A stretch of 64,000 bases of DNA, from positions 120,342,001 to 120,406,000 of the forward strand of contig NC_091284.1 in the NCBI RefSeq assembly GCF_032444005.1, in the 5' to 3' direction. Positions 1 through 12,097 of the stretch are shown here, in pieces. The stretch is from Ranitomeya imitator. Taxonomy: Eukaryota. The translations under genes were made by a program, and so were the position numbers. Every line of letters begins with the position of its first letter. Within the stretch, counting starts at the first letter, position 1. The notes beneath the pieces are model-generated. The model worked only from the letters and a program-made list of their open reading frames with translations. It ran no database searches and was not told where the DNA came from.

Positions 1-1140
1 AGGAACTAATCTAGATGTGTGGTGAGGACTTTGAACCCCCAAGTGCTTCACAGAAGTTTATAACGCAGAGCCATGAAAATAAAAAAAATAAAAATATTTT
101 CTCAAAAATGATCTTTTAGCCTGCAATTTTTTATTTTACCAAGGGTAACAGGAGAAATTTGACCCCAAAAGTTGTTGTCCAGTTTCTCCTGAGTACGCTG
201 ATACCCCATATGTGGGGGTAAACCACTGTTTGGGCACATGCCGGGGCTCGGAAGTGAAGTAGTGACATTTTGAAATGCAGACTTTGATGGAATGCTCTGT
301 GGGCGTCACGTTGCGTTTGCAGAGCCCCTGATGTGGCTTAACAGTAGAAACTTAACACAAGTGACCCCATTTTGGAAACTAGACCCCGAAAGGAACTTAT
401 CTAGATGTGTGGTAAGCACTTTGAACCCCCAAGTGCTTCATAGAAGTTTATAATGCAGAGCCGTGAAAATAATAAATACGTTTTCTTTCCTCAAAAATAA
501 TTATTTAGCCCAGAATGTTTTATTTTCCCAAGGGTAACAGGAGAAATTGGATCCCAAATGTTGTTGTCCAGTTTCTCCTGAGTACGCCGATACCCCATAT
601 GTGGGGGTAAACCACTGTTTGGGCACATGCCGAGGCTCGGAAGTGAAGTAGTGACGTTTTGAAATGCAGACTTTGATGGAATGCTCTGTGGGCGTCACGT
701 TGCGTTTGCAGAGCCCCTGATGTGGCTCAACAGTAGAAACCCCCCCACAAGTGACCCCATTTTGGAAACTAGACCCCGAAAGGAACTTATCTAGATGTGT
801 GGTGAGCACTTTGAACCCCCAAGTGCTTCACAGACGTTTACAACGCAGAGCCGTGAAAATAAAAAATCATTTTTCTTTCCTCAAAAATGATGTTTTAGCA
901 AGCATTTCTTTATTTTCACAAGTGTAACAGGAGAAATTGGACCCCAGTCATTGTTTCGCAGTTTGTCCTGAGTATGCTGGTACCCCATATGTGGGGGTAA
1001 ACCACTGTTTGGGTGCACGTCGGGGCTCGGAAGTGAGGGAGCACCATTTGACTTTTTGAATACAAGATTGGCTGGAATCAATGGTGGCGCCATGTTGCGT
1101 TTAGAGACCCCCTGATGTGCCTAAACAGTGGAAACCCCTC
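1..1140. repeat. ~390-bp tandem (satellite-like) repeat inside the TTAA element, ~3 units visible
   Basis: Marker GGAAACTAGACCCC at 374 and 764 (period 390); ATATGTGGGGGTAAACCACTG recurs with a similar period. Confidence 0.9.
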
Positions 1141-1276
1141 AATTCTAACTCCAACACACCCCTAACCCTTATCCCAACTGTAGCCGTAACCCTAATCACA
1201 ACCCTAACCCCAACACACCCGTAACCCCAACACACCCCTAACCACAACCCTAATTCCAACCCAACCCTAGCCCTAA

Positions 1277-1622
1277 GGCTATGTGCCAACATTGCGGATT
1301 CGTATGAGATTTTTCAGCACCATTTTTGAAAAATCCGCGGGTAAAAGGCACTGCGTTTTACCTGCGGATTTACTGCGGATTTCCAGTGTTTTTTGTCCGG
1401 ATTTCACCTGCGGATTCCTATTGAGGAACAGGTGTAAAACGCTGCGGAATCCGCACAAAGAATTGACATGATGCGGAAAATACAACGCAGCGTTCCCGCG
1501 CGGTATTTTCCGCACCATGGGCACAGCGGATTTGGCTTTCCATATGTTTACATGGTACTGTAAACCTGATGGAACACTGCTGCGGATCCGCAGCGGCCAA
1601 TCCGCACCGTGTGCACATAGCC
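1277..1622. mobile_element. PIF/Harbinger-type MITE
   Basis: TIR GGCTATGTGC.../...GCACATAGCC; TAA on both sides (1274-1276, 1623-1625); internal CCGCA/TGCGG repeats. Confidence 0.85.
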
Positions 1623-1632
1623 TAATTCGAAA

Positions 1633-1974
1633 GGTATGTGCACACGCTGCGGAAAACGCTGCGGATCCGCAGCAGTTTCCCATGAGTTTACAGTTCAATG
1701 CAAACCTATGGAAAACAAAAATCGCTGTACACATGCTGCAGAAAAACTGCACGGAAACGCAGCGGTTTACATTCCGCAGCATGTCACTTCTTTCTGCGGA
1801 TTCCGCAGCGGTTTTACAACTGCTCAAATAGAAAATCGCAATTGTAAAATCGCAGTGAAATGTGCAGAAAAAACATGGTAAATCCGCCATAAATCCGCAG
1901 CGGTTTAGCACTGCGGATTTATCAAATCCGCAGCGGAAAAATCCGCAGAGGACCAGAATACGTGTGCACATACC
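1633..1974. mobile_element. PIF/Harbinger-type MITE
   Basis: TIR GGTATGTGCACACG / CGTGTGCACATACC; flanked by GAAA on both sides (atypical TSD). Confidence 0.75.
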
Positions 1975-2818
1975 GAAACCCTAACCCTACCCCTACCCCT
2001 AACCCTAACCCTAGTTCTTACCCCAACCTTAGTGGAAAAAAATTTTTTTTTATTTTTTTTATTGTCCCTACCTATGGGGGTGACAAAGGGGGGGGGGGGG
2101 GGTCATTTACTTTTTTTTTTTATTTTGATCACTGAGATATAACCTATCTCAGTGATCAAAATTCACTCTGGAACGAATCTGCCGGCCGGCAGATTCGGCG
2201 GGCGCACTGCACATGCGCCCGCCATTTTGGAAGATGGCGGCGCCCAGGAAAGAAGACGGACGGTCCCCGGGAGGCCAGGTAAGTGTAAGGTGGGGGGGGA
2301 GATCAGGGCACGGGGGGGGGGGGGGTGCGTCGGAGCACGGGGGGGTGGATCGGAACACGGGGGGGGGGGGGGGTGGATTGGAGCACGGAGTGGGGGATCG
2401 CTGTGCGGGCGGGTGGATCGGAGCACGGGGGGGAATCGCTGTGCGGGGGGGGGATCGCTGTGCGGGGGGTGGGATCGGAGTGCGGGGGGGTTTGATTGGA
2501 GCACGGGGGTGTGATTGGAGCACGGGGGGAGCGGGCAGGAGGACGGGGGAGCGGAGCACAGGACCGAGGGGAGCAGACCACAGATCGGGGGGCTAGGGGG
2601 GCGATCGGAGGAGTGGGGTGGGTGCACATTAGTGTGTCCAGCCATGGCCGATGATATTGCAGCATCGGCCATGGCTGGATTGTAATATTTCACCATTTTT
2701 TTAGGTGAAATATTACAAATCGCTCTGATTGGCAGTTTCACTTTCAACAGCCAATCAGAGCGATCGTAGCCACGAGGGGGTGAAGCCACCCCCCCTGGGC
2801 TAAACTGCCAGTCCCCCT

Positions 2819-2873
2819 GTCCCTGCAGATCGGGTGAAATGGGAGTTAACCCTTTCACCCGATCTGCAGGGAC
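2819..2873. other. Perfect 21-bp inverted repeat (hairpin) near the TE end
   Basis: GTCCCTGCAGATCGGGTGAAA (2819-2839) and TTTCACCCGATCTGCAGGGAC (2853-2873); the loop contains GTTAACCC. Confidence 0.85.
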
Positions 2874-3872
2874 GCGATCTTTCCATGACGCATATGCTGC
2901 GTCATGGGTCGGAATGGCACCGACTTTCATGACGCAGCGTATGCGTCAAAGGTCGGGAAGGGGTTAAAAAAAGCAATTTTAAGACTATCTGGATTAAAAG
3001 GATAGTTATTTAGTCAGACTACACAAAATGGTTAATAATTAAGATGTATCTCCTGTCTGGTTTACATCAGCACCATCTGTAAAATATTCTTGTATATTGT
3101 TAGGATGTAAGAAGCTTTAAAATTGTAGCAGTAATTTTTCATTTTTTTCAAGGAAATTTGCAAAACTTAATTTTATAGGGACCGATGCAATTTTGAAGTG
3201 AGGTCCTGTGTCCTTGGAGGTCCTGTGTATTGCAAAACCCCCAAATGTGATACCATTGTAAAAATCGCACCCCTCAAAAAGAGCTTTCAGTGTGGCAGAA
3301 AAATGTTATTTTTACCACCTAAATGTCACTTCTGACGTTATTTTGCTGTGGATTGCCATGGCAACCATCAGGACCACAAAATCATGATCTCAGGGTAAAG
3401 AGGGGGCCCACACACTGTTACCCATCTAAATGACCTTGGTCGGTGCCAAAACTGATTGTGACGTATGCAGCAGGGTGTTAAATATAGTGTACAGCTGCTA
3501 AATATTCTCCTGTCGGGGGGATGCTCTTCACTTGTATGGTAGGTTATTTAAAAAAAAAAGTGGTGGTCACTAGGGGGTTAAAACCATTTATTTAGTTTAG
3601 CTAATCTGTGCTTTATTGTGATATAAAACACCCCTATACATTTGTTTTGTTTCTGCCTTTTATTTCTCCTGAATTTCTCTTCATTCCCTGCACACACTTT
3701 ATTTACCTGCAGCTCTACCAATCTTGACTGCTCCCCTTGCTGTATTCTCTAACCTCACAGCCAGAGCTGGCACCGCCCGCACACAGTGTCCGGCCCCGCC
3801 CTCTGCACACTCATTGGCTGTCAGTAATCTGCCAAGCGCTGACCTCAGTCATCACTCCAGAATTGGGAATAA

Positions 3873-4273
3873 GGCTACTTTCACACTAGCGTCGTACGAC
3901 GCACGTCGCAATACGTCGTTTTGGTGAAAAAACGCATCCTGCAAAGTTGGCTGCAGGATGCGTTTTTTCCCCATAGACTAACATTAGCAACGCATTGCCG
4001 AACGTCGCAACCGTCATGCGACGGTTGCGTCGTATTGTTGTGGACCGTCAGAACAAAAAAACGTTACATGTAACTTTTTTTGTGTCATGTCCGCTATTTC
4101 CGACCGCGCATGCGCGGCCGGAACCCCGCCCCCTCCTCCCCGCAACTCACAATGGGGCAGCGGATGCGTTGTAATAATGCATTTGCTGCCCCCGTTGTGC
4201 TGCGTTGTCACAGGATGCGTCGGTACGTCGGCCCGACGCACTGCGACGGGCCGACGCTAGTGTGAAAGTAGCC
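3873..4273. mobile_element. PIF/Harbinger-type MITE
   Basis: 22-bp perfect TIR GGCTACTTTCACACTAGCGTCG; TAA TSD (3870-3872, 4274-4276). Confidence 0.9.
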
Positions 4274-4320
4274 TAACAGAGCAGTGTCCTCATCAGTGGA
4301 AAGCAGCAGTCACTGCACTC

Positions 4321-6040
4321 CACATCCACAGTAATGACAGACCTTCACATGTCCCCACATCACATCCACAGTGGTGACAGACCTTCACATGTCCCCACAT
4401 CACATCCACAGTGGTGACAGAGCTTCACATGTCCCCACATCACATCCACAGTGGTGACAGAGCTTCACATGTCCCACATCACATCCACAGTGGTGAGTCA
4501 CATGTCCCCTCATCACATCCACAGTGGTGACAGCTTCACATGTCCCCACATCACATCCACAGTGGTGACAGAGCTTCACATGTCTCCACATCACATCCAC
4601 AGTGGTGACAGACCTTCACATGTCCCCACATCACATCCACAGTGGTGACAGAGCTTCACATGTCCCCACATCACATCCACAGTGGTGACAGAGCTTCACA
4701 TGTCCCCACATCACATCCACAGTGGTGACAGCTTCACATGTCCCCACATCACATCCACAGTGGTGACAGAGCTTCACATGTCTCCACATCACATCCACAG
4801 TGGTGACAGACCTTCACATGTCCCCACATCACATCCACAGTGGTGACAGAGCTTCACATGTCCCCACATCACATCCACAGTGGTGACAGAGCTTCACATG
4901 TCCCACATCACATCCACAGTGGTGAGTCACATGTCCCCTCATCACATCCACAGTGGTGACAGCTTCACATGTCCCCACATCACATCCACAGTGATGATAG
5001 AGCTTCACATGTCCCCACATCACATCCACAGTGGTGATAGAGCTTCACATGTCCCCACATCACATCCACAGTGGTGATAGAGCTTCACATGTCCCCACAT
5101 CACATCCACAGTGGTAATAGAGCTTCACATGTCCCCACATCACATCCACAGTGGTGATAGAGCTTCACATGTCCCCACATCACATCCACAGTGGTGACAG
5201 ACCTTCACATGTCCCCACATCACATCCACAGTGGTGATAGAGCTTCACATGTCCCCACATCACATCCACAGTGGTGATAAAGCTTCACATGTCCCCACAT
5301 CACATCCACAGTGGTGATAGAGCTTCACATGTCCCCACATCACATCCACAGTGGTGATAGAGCTTCACATGTCCCACATCACATCCACAGTGGTGATAGA
5401 GCTTCACATGTCCCCACATCACATCCACAGTGGTGATAGAGCTTCACATGTCCCCACATCACATCCACAGTGGTGATAGAGCTTCACATGTCCCCACATC
5501 ACATCCACAGTGGTGACAGAGCTTCACATGTCCCACATCACATCCACAGTGGTGATAGAGCTTCACATGTCCCCACATCACATCCACAGTGGTGATAGAG
5601 CTTCACATGTCCCCACATCACATCCACAGTGGTGACAGACCTTCATATGTCCCCACATCACATCCACAGTGGTGACAGCTTCACATGTCCCCACATCACA
5701 TCCACAGTGGTGACAGCTTCACATGTCCCCACATCACATCCACAGTGATGATAGAGCTTCACATGTCTCCACATCACATCCACAGTGATGACAGACCTTC
5801 ACATGTCCCATCATCACATCCACAGTGGTGACAGAGCTTCACATGTCCTCACATCACATCCACAGTGGTGATAGAGCTTCACATGTCCCCACATCACATC
5901 CACAGTGGTGACAGACCTTCACATGTCCCCACATCACATCCACAGTGGTGACAGACCTTCATATGTCCCCACATCACATCCACAGTGGTGACAGAGCTTC
6001 ACATGTCCCCACATCACATCCACAGTGGTGACAGAGCTTC
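4321..6040. repeat. 40-bp minisatellite, ~43 copies
   Basis: Unit CACATCACATCCACAGTGGTGACAGAGCTTCACATGTCCC repeated head-to-tail with variants. Confidence 0.97.
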
Positions 6041-6254
6041 ATTTGTCCTGACATATGAGCACTGTGAAGAGTCTATAGTGATCTGCATCTACATATATAC
6101 CACACAATACACTTCAGCTGCTGCAGAACCTCAGTCTATAGTGGTGTGTGAGGATGGATGGATGAGGCAGGGACTATGTAGCAGTCTTGCACTGTGCACT
6201 GCACAGGGAGGCTGGTGCAGGAGGGGGAAGGTCTCTTAGAGACTGGGGCGGTTA

Positions 6255-6750
6255 CAACCAGTCTCTACCAGTCAGTAAAACCCTAGTCAGTGAGTGAGCA
6301 GCTCCTCCAGAATCAGGAGACAGCGGCTCACATGACTGTGTATCTAGGACACCATGCAGAATGCTGACAGAGTATATTACTAACGGTCGGCGTTCGAAAT
6401 CCTGGACAACCCGTTTAGGTTCAGTTTCTCCTATGGTATGATATAAGAGATGGCAGTCCCAACATGTACGATTTAACATCACAATGGTGGGGAAGGCGCG
6501 GGCAGTGGGTTCAGGTAAGCACGTGCCAGCCATTTAAATGTCAGTGATGTTGTCGTGACGGGGTCAAGAGGCATGCCAGCTGCTTTGCATTAAGAACAGC
6601 ATGTTTTGCAGCAGTATTTATAAACATGTACTTGTTTTGTGGCCTCCTTACCCCCACAGTAATGGGAAAACTGTCCCAGGGTTGTAGGAGAGCCCTAATG
6701 TCATGAATACATGGGACTTCTGGTTCACATCGCTGGCCGAACACGGTCAT
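6255..6750 (-). pseudogene. Possible heavily decayed hAT transposase fragment
   Basis: Minus strand reads CDV...TCWDC (resembles hAT CDVxTRWNS) downstream of a VPC-containing segment; frameshifted. Similarity is weak and judged by eye. Confidence 0.3.
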
Positions 6751-9223
6751 TTAATAAACCATTTTTTCCCTCAATCAGCAAGTGTATTCTGACGAGCCTG
6801 CAAGCCGCGACTGACTGCAAAGTGTCCTAACGATACACAACCCCTTTAAAAGAAACCTGTCGGGACAACCCTTCTCCGTATGCCTTTTAAATGCTTCTAG
6901 GCATCATAGTGTCTGGGAATGTTGTGGGGGAACATGCATACACCCCTTTATGAGCCAGAGCGGACAGGTGTAATGTAATACTACAGATCCTTGACTGAAT
7001 AGGACTTCTGTGGGGAAAATCAGAAAAAATGAATTGGCTGCTCTGTCATAAGCGTGGTTTGTGTATTAAAATGCAGACGTGTGTATCATGGTTTACGTGT
7101 AATAGTGCCCCTGGCTGTGACAGTACAAGAGTATACAACAACTAGGCCTTTATCAATTTTATTTTCCTAAGAGGCACAATGAATTCTTGGAGGTTGATTA
7201 TGTATGAAAAGATGGTCTCTCATCCAATGTCACATTTTACTGTTGAAATATAAGTTCTATGGAGTTACGAAACCATGAGCATTGCTTTCAATTAACCCTT
7301 GGCCTATTATTTTAGGTTCCTGTGCAGTAATTTGTGTTCTTCATTGGATTGCATTACATAACGAGGCATGTGACTCACAAAGCACTGTAATATAATAAAG
7401 GGGGCCGAGATACACATCAATTATACCTCGTCACACTGTGCTGGAACGACTCCTAGGTGCTGGCACAAAAGGCCTTATTTTATAACGTGCCTGCTAGTTA
7501 TGTCGCTCCCACTGCTCACTTGTTAAGTCTTTGGAAAACAAAGTGCCTCTCAACCTGCACATTAAATGTAAAGAATCGGGGCTTTTACTTGTTTTTGTGT
7601 GATGTGTAATTTTTTGTAGCTGCGGATTCATTTGCTTTTCTGAGCTCATTGTCGAGCTGAATATTAAATATCGTCTGTATGAATGACATTAAAATAGCAA
7701 GCTGGGAGCCTGAGGGTCAAGTAACATACAGTTCACCTATTCACGTTTCAGTTGGTTAAAGACTTAAATTTAGATTGACGGTGATCTCCGGGATGATGTC
7801 CGAGCGGCACCCCCTGCTGCCTATCGTAATGGGAACTTTAATTTCGGGTTTTTGTCTTTGGCAGCACAACTATTCTTTTCCAAGCATGGAGATTCGTGGT
7901 GCGCCAGGAGGACATTGCTACATGTCCCGCAACAAGTTCCCCATTGCTCCATGTACCGGCAACACATTCCCCCACATGGACATTGGTATCGGGCTATGTG
8001 CACTTACTAGCTCGCTTGGGTATCAGCAATTACATTGCAGAATTTGCATCTGCCTTGGGGAATGAAATTATAGGGGAAGCACTGCGCTCCAGAAATTTTC
8101 CATATCTCTTGGTTATTGCTGTGATATAGTGGACTAATGGCTTTCATTCAACCACTTACAGTTGAACCCATTCAAATGTAAGGGTTTTTTTAAGGTGATG
8201 TAAAAGAATAGTAAAATCTGTCTGCTTCCTACCAGAGATTGCTCGTCACCTGCTCATGGACTGTCTTGTATTGCAGTTCAGCATCATTAAGGGGAATCTT
8301 ACAGGAGATTGATGTTGCCCCAACTATAGGCACTGTTATCCGACACCATAGTTTTGGTCCAAAACGCAGCTTCAGAATAAAATGTACTTTTTATTAGCCG
8401 GACACAGACCTTGCCAAGAGGATGACTAGTCCACACGGCAGGTCACTGTCATCTCCTTTCTTTCCTGTTCCCCCTCTCTGTGCATCTCTTCCAATTCCAA
8501 CACCATATTTTTTTTTTTGACACTTCCTGTTCATATATAGAATCTTGTAGATGGTCTTTTGTAATATATTAGTCTTAAATGGAAAACCATGAGGAAAATA
8601 TTCTGAGAAATTGAACATGCTGAAAAATTACAGGACTTTTGACCAAGGGTTTAAGTGGGAACTTTTCTCCTTGCGAAGAGTGCCAAGCCAGTGTAAGGAG
8701 ACTATAGGCCATGCAGTGCTCCTCTGGGATTTTAAATATGCACATATCTTCTTCAGAAGGAAGACAACTTTCTCTGGCGACACCTATTAGATATAGCAAT
8801 ACTAAAAGTCAACCAAAAACAGCTTGCAGACAAGTGTTTTGGACTGTTACCCTGTTCAGTGCAAAGCAGGAGATCTGATTTGACTAGGTGAGGGTAGGTT
8901 TGGGGGTTTATATACCTTTTAGGATTGCTACGTCCAGTAGGTGGCGCCAGAGATAAAGTTCTCTTCCTTTTGAAAAGGCTAATTGCATATTAGGACTTTA
9001 AATTAGAGACCTGGGCGCTTATTACGGACGAGGTGGTCTTATACATTCCGCTCCACACCAGAGAGATCAGCTAGGTCTTCCACCCAATTTTTCATATCAT
9101 TTTTTTTAATTGATTTAGCTTTAGTTCCCTGTGTGTGTGTGTATGTATATTATTTATGCGTCTGTATAGGTTTGGGGCTTTGCCCCAGGTTCAGAGTGCC
9201 TAAAATGGAGTGAGTATGCTGAA

Positions 9224-9462
9224 TAGTGATGAGCGAACGTACTAATAGAGTATCTTTAGCGTTCTCGAATACTATGTTCGACAGCCGCATCACATGCAGG
9301 GATTGTTTGTTAGGTAATCCCTGCATGTGTGGCGGCTATCGAACATCCGTGAGACATGCAGCCGCAGGGACTAGACATAGTATTCAAGCATGCTGAAGAT
9401 ACTTTATTAACACACGAGCATGCTCTGATAACACGTTATCCGAGCACGTTTGCTCATCACTA
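9224..9462. mobile_element. hAT-type MITE (TAGTGATG ends)
   Basis: TIR TAGTGATGAGCGAAC / GTTTGCTCATCACTA; perfect 8-bp TSD ATGCTGAA (9216-9223, 9463-9470). Confidence 0.92.
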
Positions 9463-9847
9463 ATGCTGAATTGCCAGAGTAATTTTGCGCCAAGGATTTG
9501 ACTGCTGTGAATCTGCACCAAAATCGGTTTGTCACTTGCAATTTAATTAACTTGGATGTAAAGTGTATTTTGCTGCAGATGAATATATGGTGTCAAAAGC
9601 ATCAAAAATCCCTTTCAATCTTGTGTTTTTATCACTGGACTATGGAAATATTTTGGTGCAGAAATAAAAGGACTTCTGAGGCTTAATGGAAATGACTGCC
9701 AGTTGCCCAGGGATTTACTTGGAAATTCCTGTTGCTTTGTATGCCCTTCAGTCTGTAAAAGGTTTTTTTTGTTGTTGTTTTCTTTTACATGGATTTTTTT
9801 TTCATAGTTGCTCGTTTATCTTACATTTTTTTATATTTCTTTTTAAG

Positions 9848-9958
9848 GATGAATCCCGTATCAAGGCTACATCCATGGATGTGAAACCAGTTGATCACAA
9901 AGAATACTCTAGACGTCTTATCATGAATATCCGGAAACTGGCCTCGCAAGGAGCCTGA
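9848..9958 (+). CDS. rpa1: Last coding exon of replication protein A 70 kDa subunit (C-terminal 36 aa, phase 0)
   Basis: Pyrimidine-rich acceptor ending AG at 9846-9847, then [36 protein letters not shown]. Matches the recalled human RPA1 C-terminus [30 protein letters not shown]. No upstream RPA1 exon was found in the window. Confidence 0.92.
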   Translation, partial: DESRIKATSMDVKPVDHKEYSRRLIMNIRKLASQGA

Positions 9959-10080
9959 GTTTATAAATGTAGTCCTCCTAAAAAGACCAGTGAAAAACAT
10001 CAGTACGATAATGGCGACTGGACTGAGCCTTCAAGCAGCTTCACGTCATCTCTGTAGCCCATTACTTTTCTGTAATTGAT

Positions 10081-10086
10081 AATAAA
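10081..10086 (+). promoter_or_regulatory. Candidate rpa1 polyadenylation signal AATAAA
   Basis: First AATAAA 123 nt after the stop codon; another occurs near 10982. Confidence 0.5.
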
Positions 10087-11462
10087 CCAAGCTTTCTGAT
10101 CATAAAATATTTCTTGTAGACTCGCAGCCACAGTTGTTAGCTCTCCCACCCTGTGCAGCAGGTCTTAGTCTGTCCTGAGGTTGCAGAACACATACCGTAT
10201 TTCTGAACATGTTCCTACTGCAGATGAGTTGGAGGAGCACTTAGTATGTGACATCTTGTACATCAACCTACAACTTTTGTAAATATGTTTTTCTGATTAT
10301 AACTCTCATACTTGCCTTCCTGATCCTTCTCCTCTTATGCTAATTTACAAGAAAGCTTAATTACATTTAACCAGGACTTAATTATCATCCATAGAAGTAA
10401 TTGGCTGCTGCTGAGCAATCGGATGCCCACCCACATCCCCATTTAACACACTTAAAGGTTCCATAAGCTCGGAGCTGATCAGGGGGCTCCTATTCCTCTT
10501 GCAAAGACCGGGGGCTTATTGCCTTCGCAGTGTGCCTCCAATTGCTGTGGAGAGATGTGCCATGCAGTTTGCAAATGCTTGGAATGACAAAATGGAGGAA
10601 TTATTAATCAAAGACCTATCTTTTCTATCTGAAGACTTTCCTTCGGGGTTTAATAGACTGAGTCAGATGGTCCTGATATTAATCAAAATTGTCTCTTCTG
10701 AGAAGCTCTGATAAGCATTGACTATCTGGCCCCTGGGGAAATCTGGCCAACTACAAAGCTTTGCTTTATTTTTCATTTAAATTAATATTGTGCTTTCTTA
10801 CTCTTCTCCTTTTTTTGACAGTGTGTAATTGCAGAAGTTTGCGGTCTGTACATTCACAGCATTTCACAGTTTTGAGCTGCCCTGTTTTTATTTTATTTTT
10901 TTTTCTCCTTTTTTTTTGTAGTAGAATTAATCAGCTCACTTAAATTGGAAGAAAGACGTTCCTTTTTTATTTTGAGATTCAAATAAAAAGTTTAGTGTTT
11001 GCATGTCTGTTTGCTTTTTATAAACCAATTTCATCACGGAAGCAATCAATTTTTCTCTTAAATGGTGCTAGCAGAGTGAAGAAGGCAAATCTGACATTTC
11101 CCAGGCTTATTACCATTTGCTGCTGTAAGATAGGATTCTCAGCCTTCACTGTTTTAAAAAGCTGAGGCAGCACCTTTTTATGCTTTTATTGACATGTGCA
11201 CAGCCCTCTGAAACCAAGCAGGATTTAAAATTTGCCTAGAAAACTGTAATTCTGCTTGTGGGATGCTCCAATAGCTGTTAGCAGCCTGTGTGAGGGCTTC
11301 ATTATATTCACGACATGTCTCCAGCTACTGCAAACCTACTCGGCCTTCCAGTCCTAATTCAAGGGAACTTGGCATTCATTTATGAGTTCTCTAAATCACA
11401 TACAGTGTACTCTAATATATAGACTACTATAGACTTCCTATATCTTCTAGCTAGAGACCTTA

Positions 11463-11756
11463 GGGTATGTGCACACGTCCGGATTTCTTGCAGAAATTTT
11501 CCTGACAAAAACCGGACATTTCTGCCAGAAATCCGCATGCGTTTTTTTCGCGTTTTTTCCCAAATGCATAGAATTGCGGGAAAAACGCAGAAAATCCGCA
11601 AAAATAATGAACATGCTCATTATTTTTACCGCAATGCATCCATGTGCACAAAACATGCAGAATGCATTCTAAATGATAGAATGCATAATGTATGCGTTTT
11701 TAATGAGTTTTTATAGCGTTTTTAGCGCGAAAAAACCTGAATGTGTGCACATGACC
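11463..11756. mobile_element. PIF/Harbinger-type MITE
   Basis: TTA|GGGTATGTGCACAC ... GTGTGCACATGACC|TTA. Confidence 0.75.
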
Positions 11757-11760
11757 TTAA

Positions 11761-12097
11761 GGCTATGTGTACACGTTCAGGATTTCTCGCAGAAAATTCC
11801 TGAGAAAAACCATACATTTTCTGCAAGAAAACCGCATGTTTTTGCCGCGGTTTTTTCCGGACACTTCCCAATACATTTTGTAGTGGGAAATCCGCAAAAA
11901 AAACTGCAAAATTAACATGCTGCGGTTTTTACCGCGATGCGTTTTTTTCGCGGAAAAAAACGCATCATGTGCACAAAAGATGCGGAATTCATTCTAAATG
12001 ATGGGATGCTTATTATATGCGTTTTTTTTTTTTTTTGCGGTTTTATAGCGTTTTTATCGGGAAAAACGCAAAAAAACCGCAACGTGTGCACACAGCC
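11761..12097. mobile_element. PIF/Harbinger-type MITE abutting the previous one
   Basis: TAA|GGCTATGTGTACACG ... CGTGTGCACACAGCC|TAA. Confidence 0.8.

Larger units (their letters stand above)
1146..2030. repeat. Degenerate telomere-like (CCCTAA)n array interrupted by two MITEs
   Basis: CCCTAA/ACCCTA variants at 1146-1276 and 1977-2030. Confidence 0.8.
1..2963. mobile_element. Non-autonomous piggyBac-like (TTAA) DNA element, left end outside window
   Basis: Ends ...GGTCGGGAAGGGG|TTAA (TTAA 2964-2967). Shares the ~390-bp internal repeat and CCCTAA array with the complete TTAA-flanked element at 14281-18141. No transposase ORF. Confidence 0.75.

Noticed and set aside
2149-2930. Pro/Gly-rich ORFs on both strands
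   Set aside because: Low-complexity G-run array within a non-autonomous TE.
3353-3365. RFX X-box-like ATTGCCATGGCAAC
   Set aside because: Single motif inside what looks like an old TE remnant (~3000-3580); no supporting context.
4321-6040. CRISPR-like array
   Set aside because: Units are contiguous with no unique spacers, there are no cas genes, and the context is eukaryotic; it is a minisatellite.
7775-8800. Short ORFs as upstream rpa1 exons or another gene
   Set aside because: No match to the expected penultimate RPA1 exon peptide (…FQNANFRS…KxETYN) or any family I recognise.
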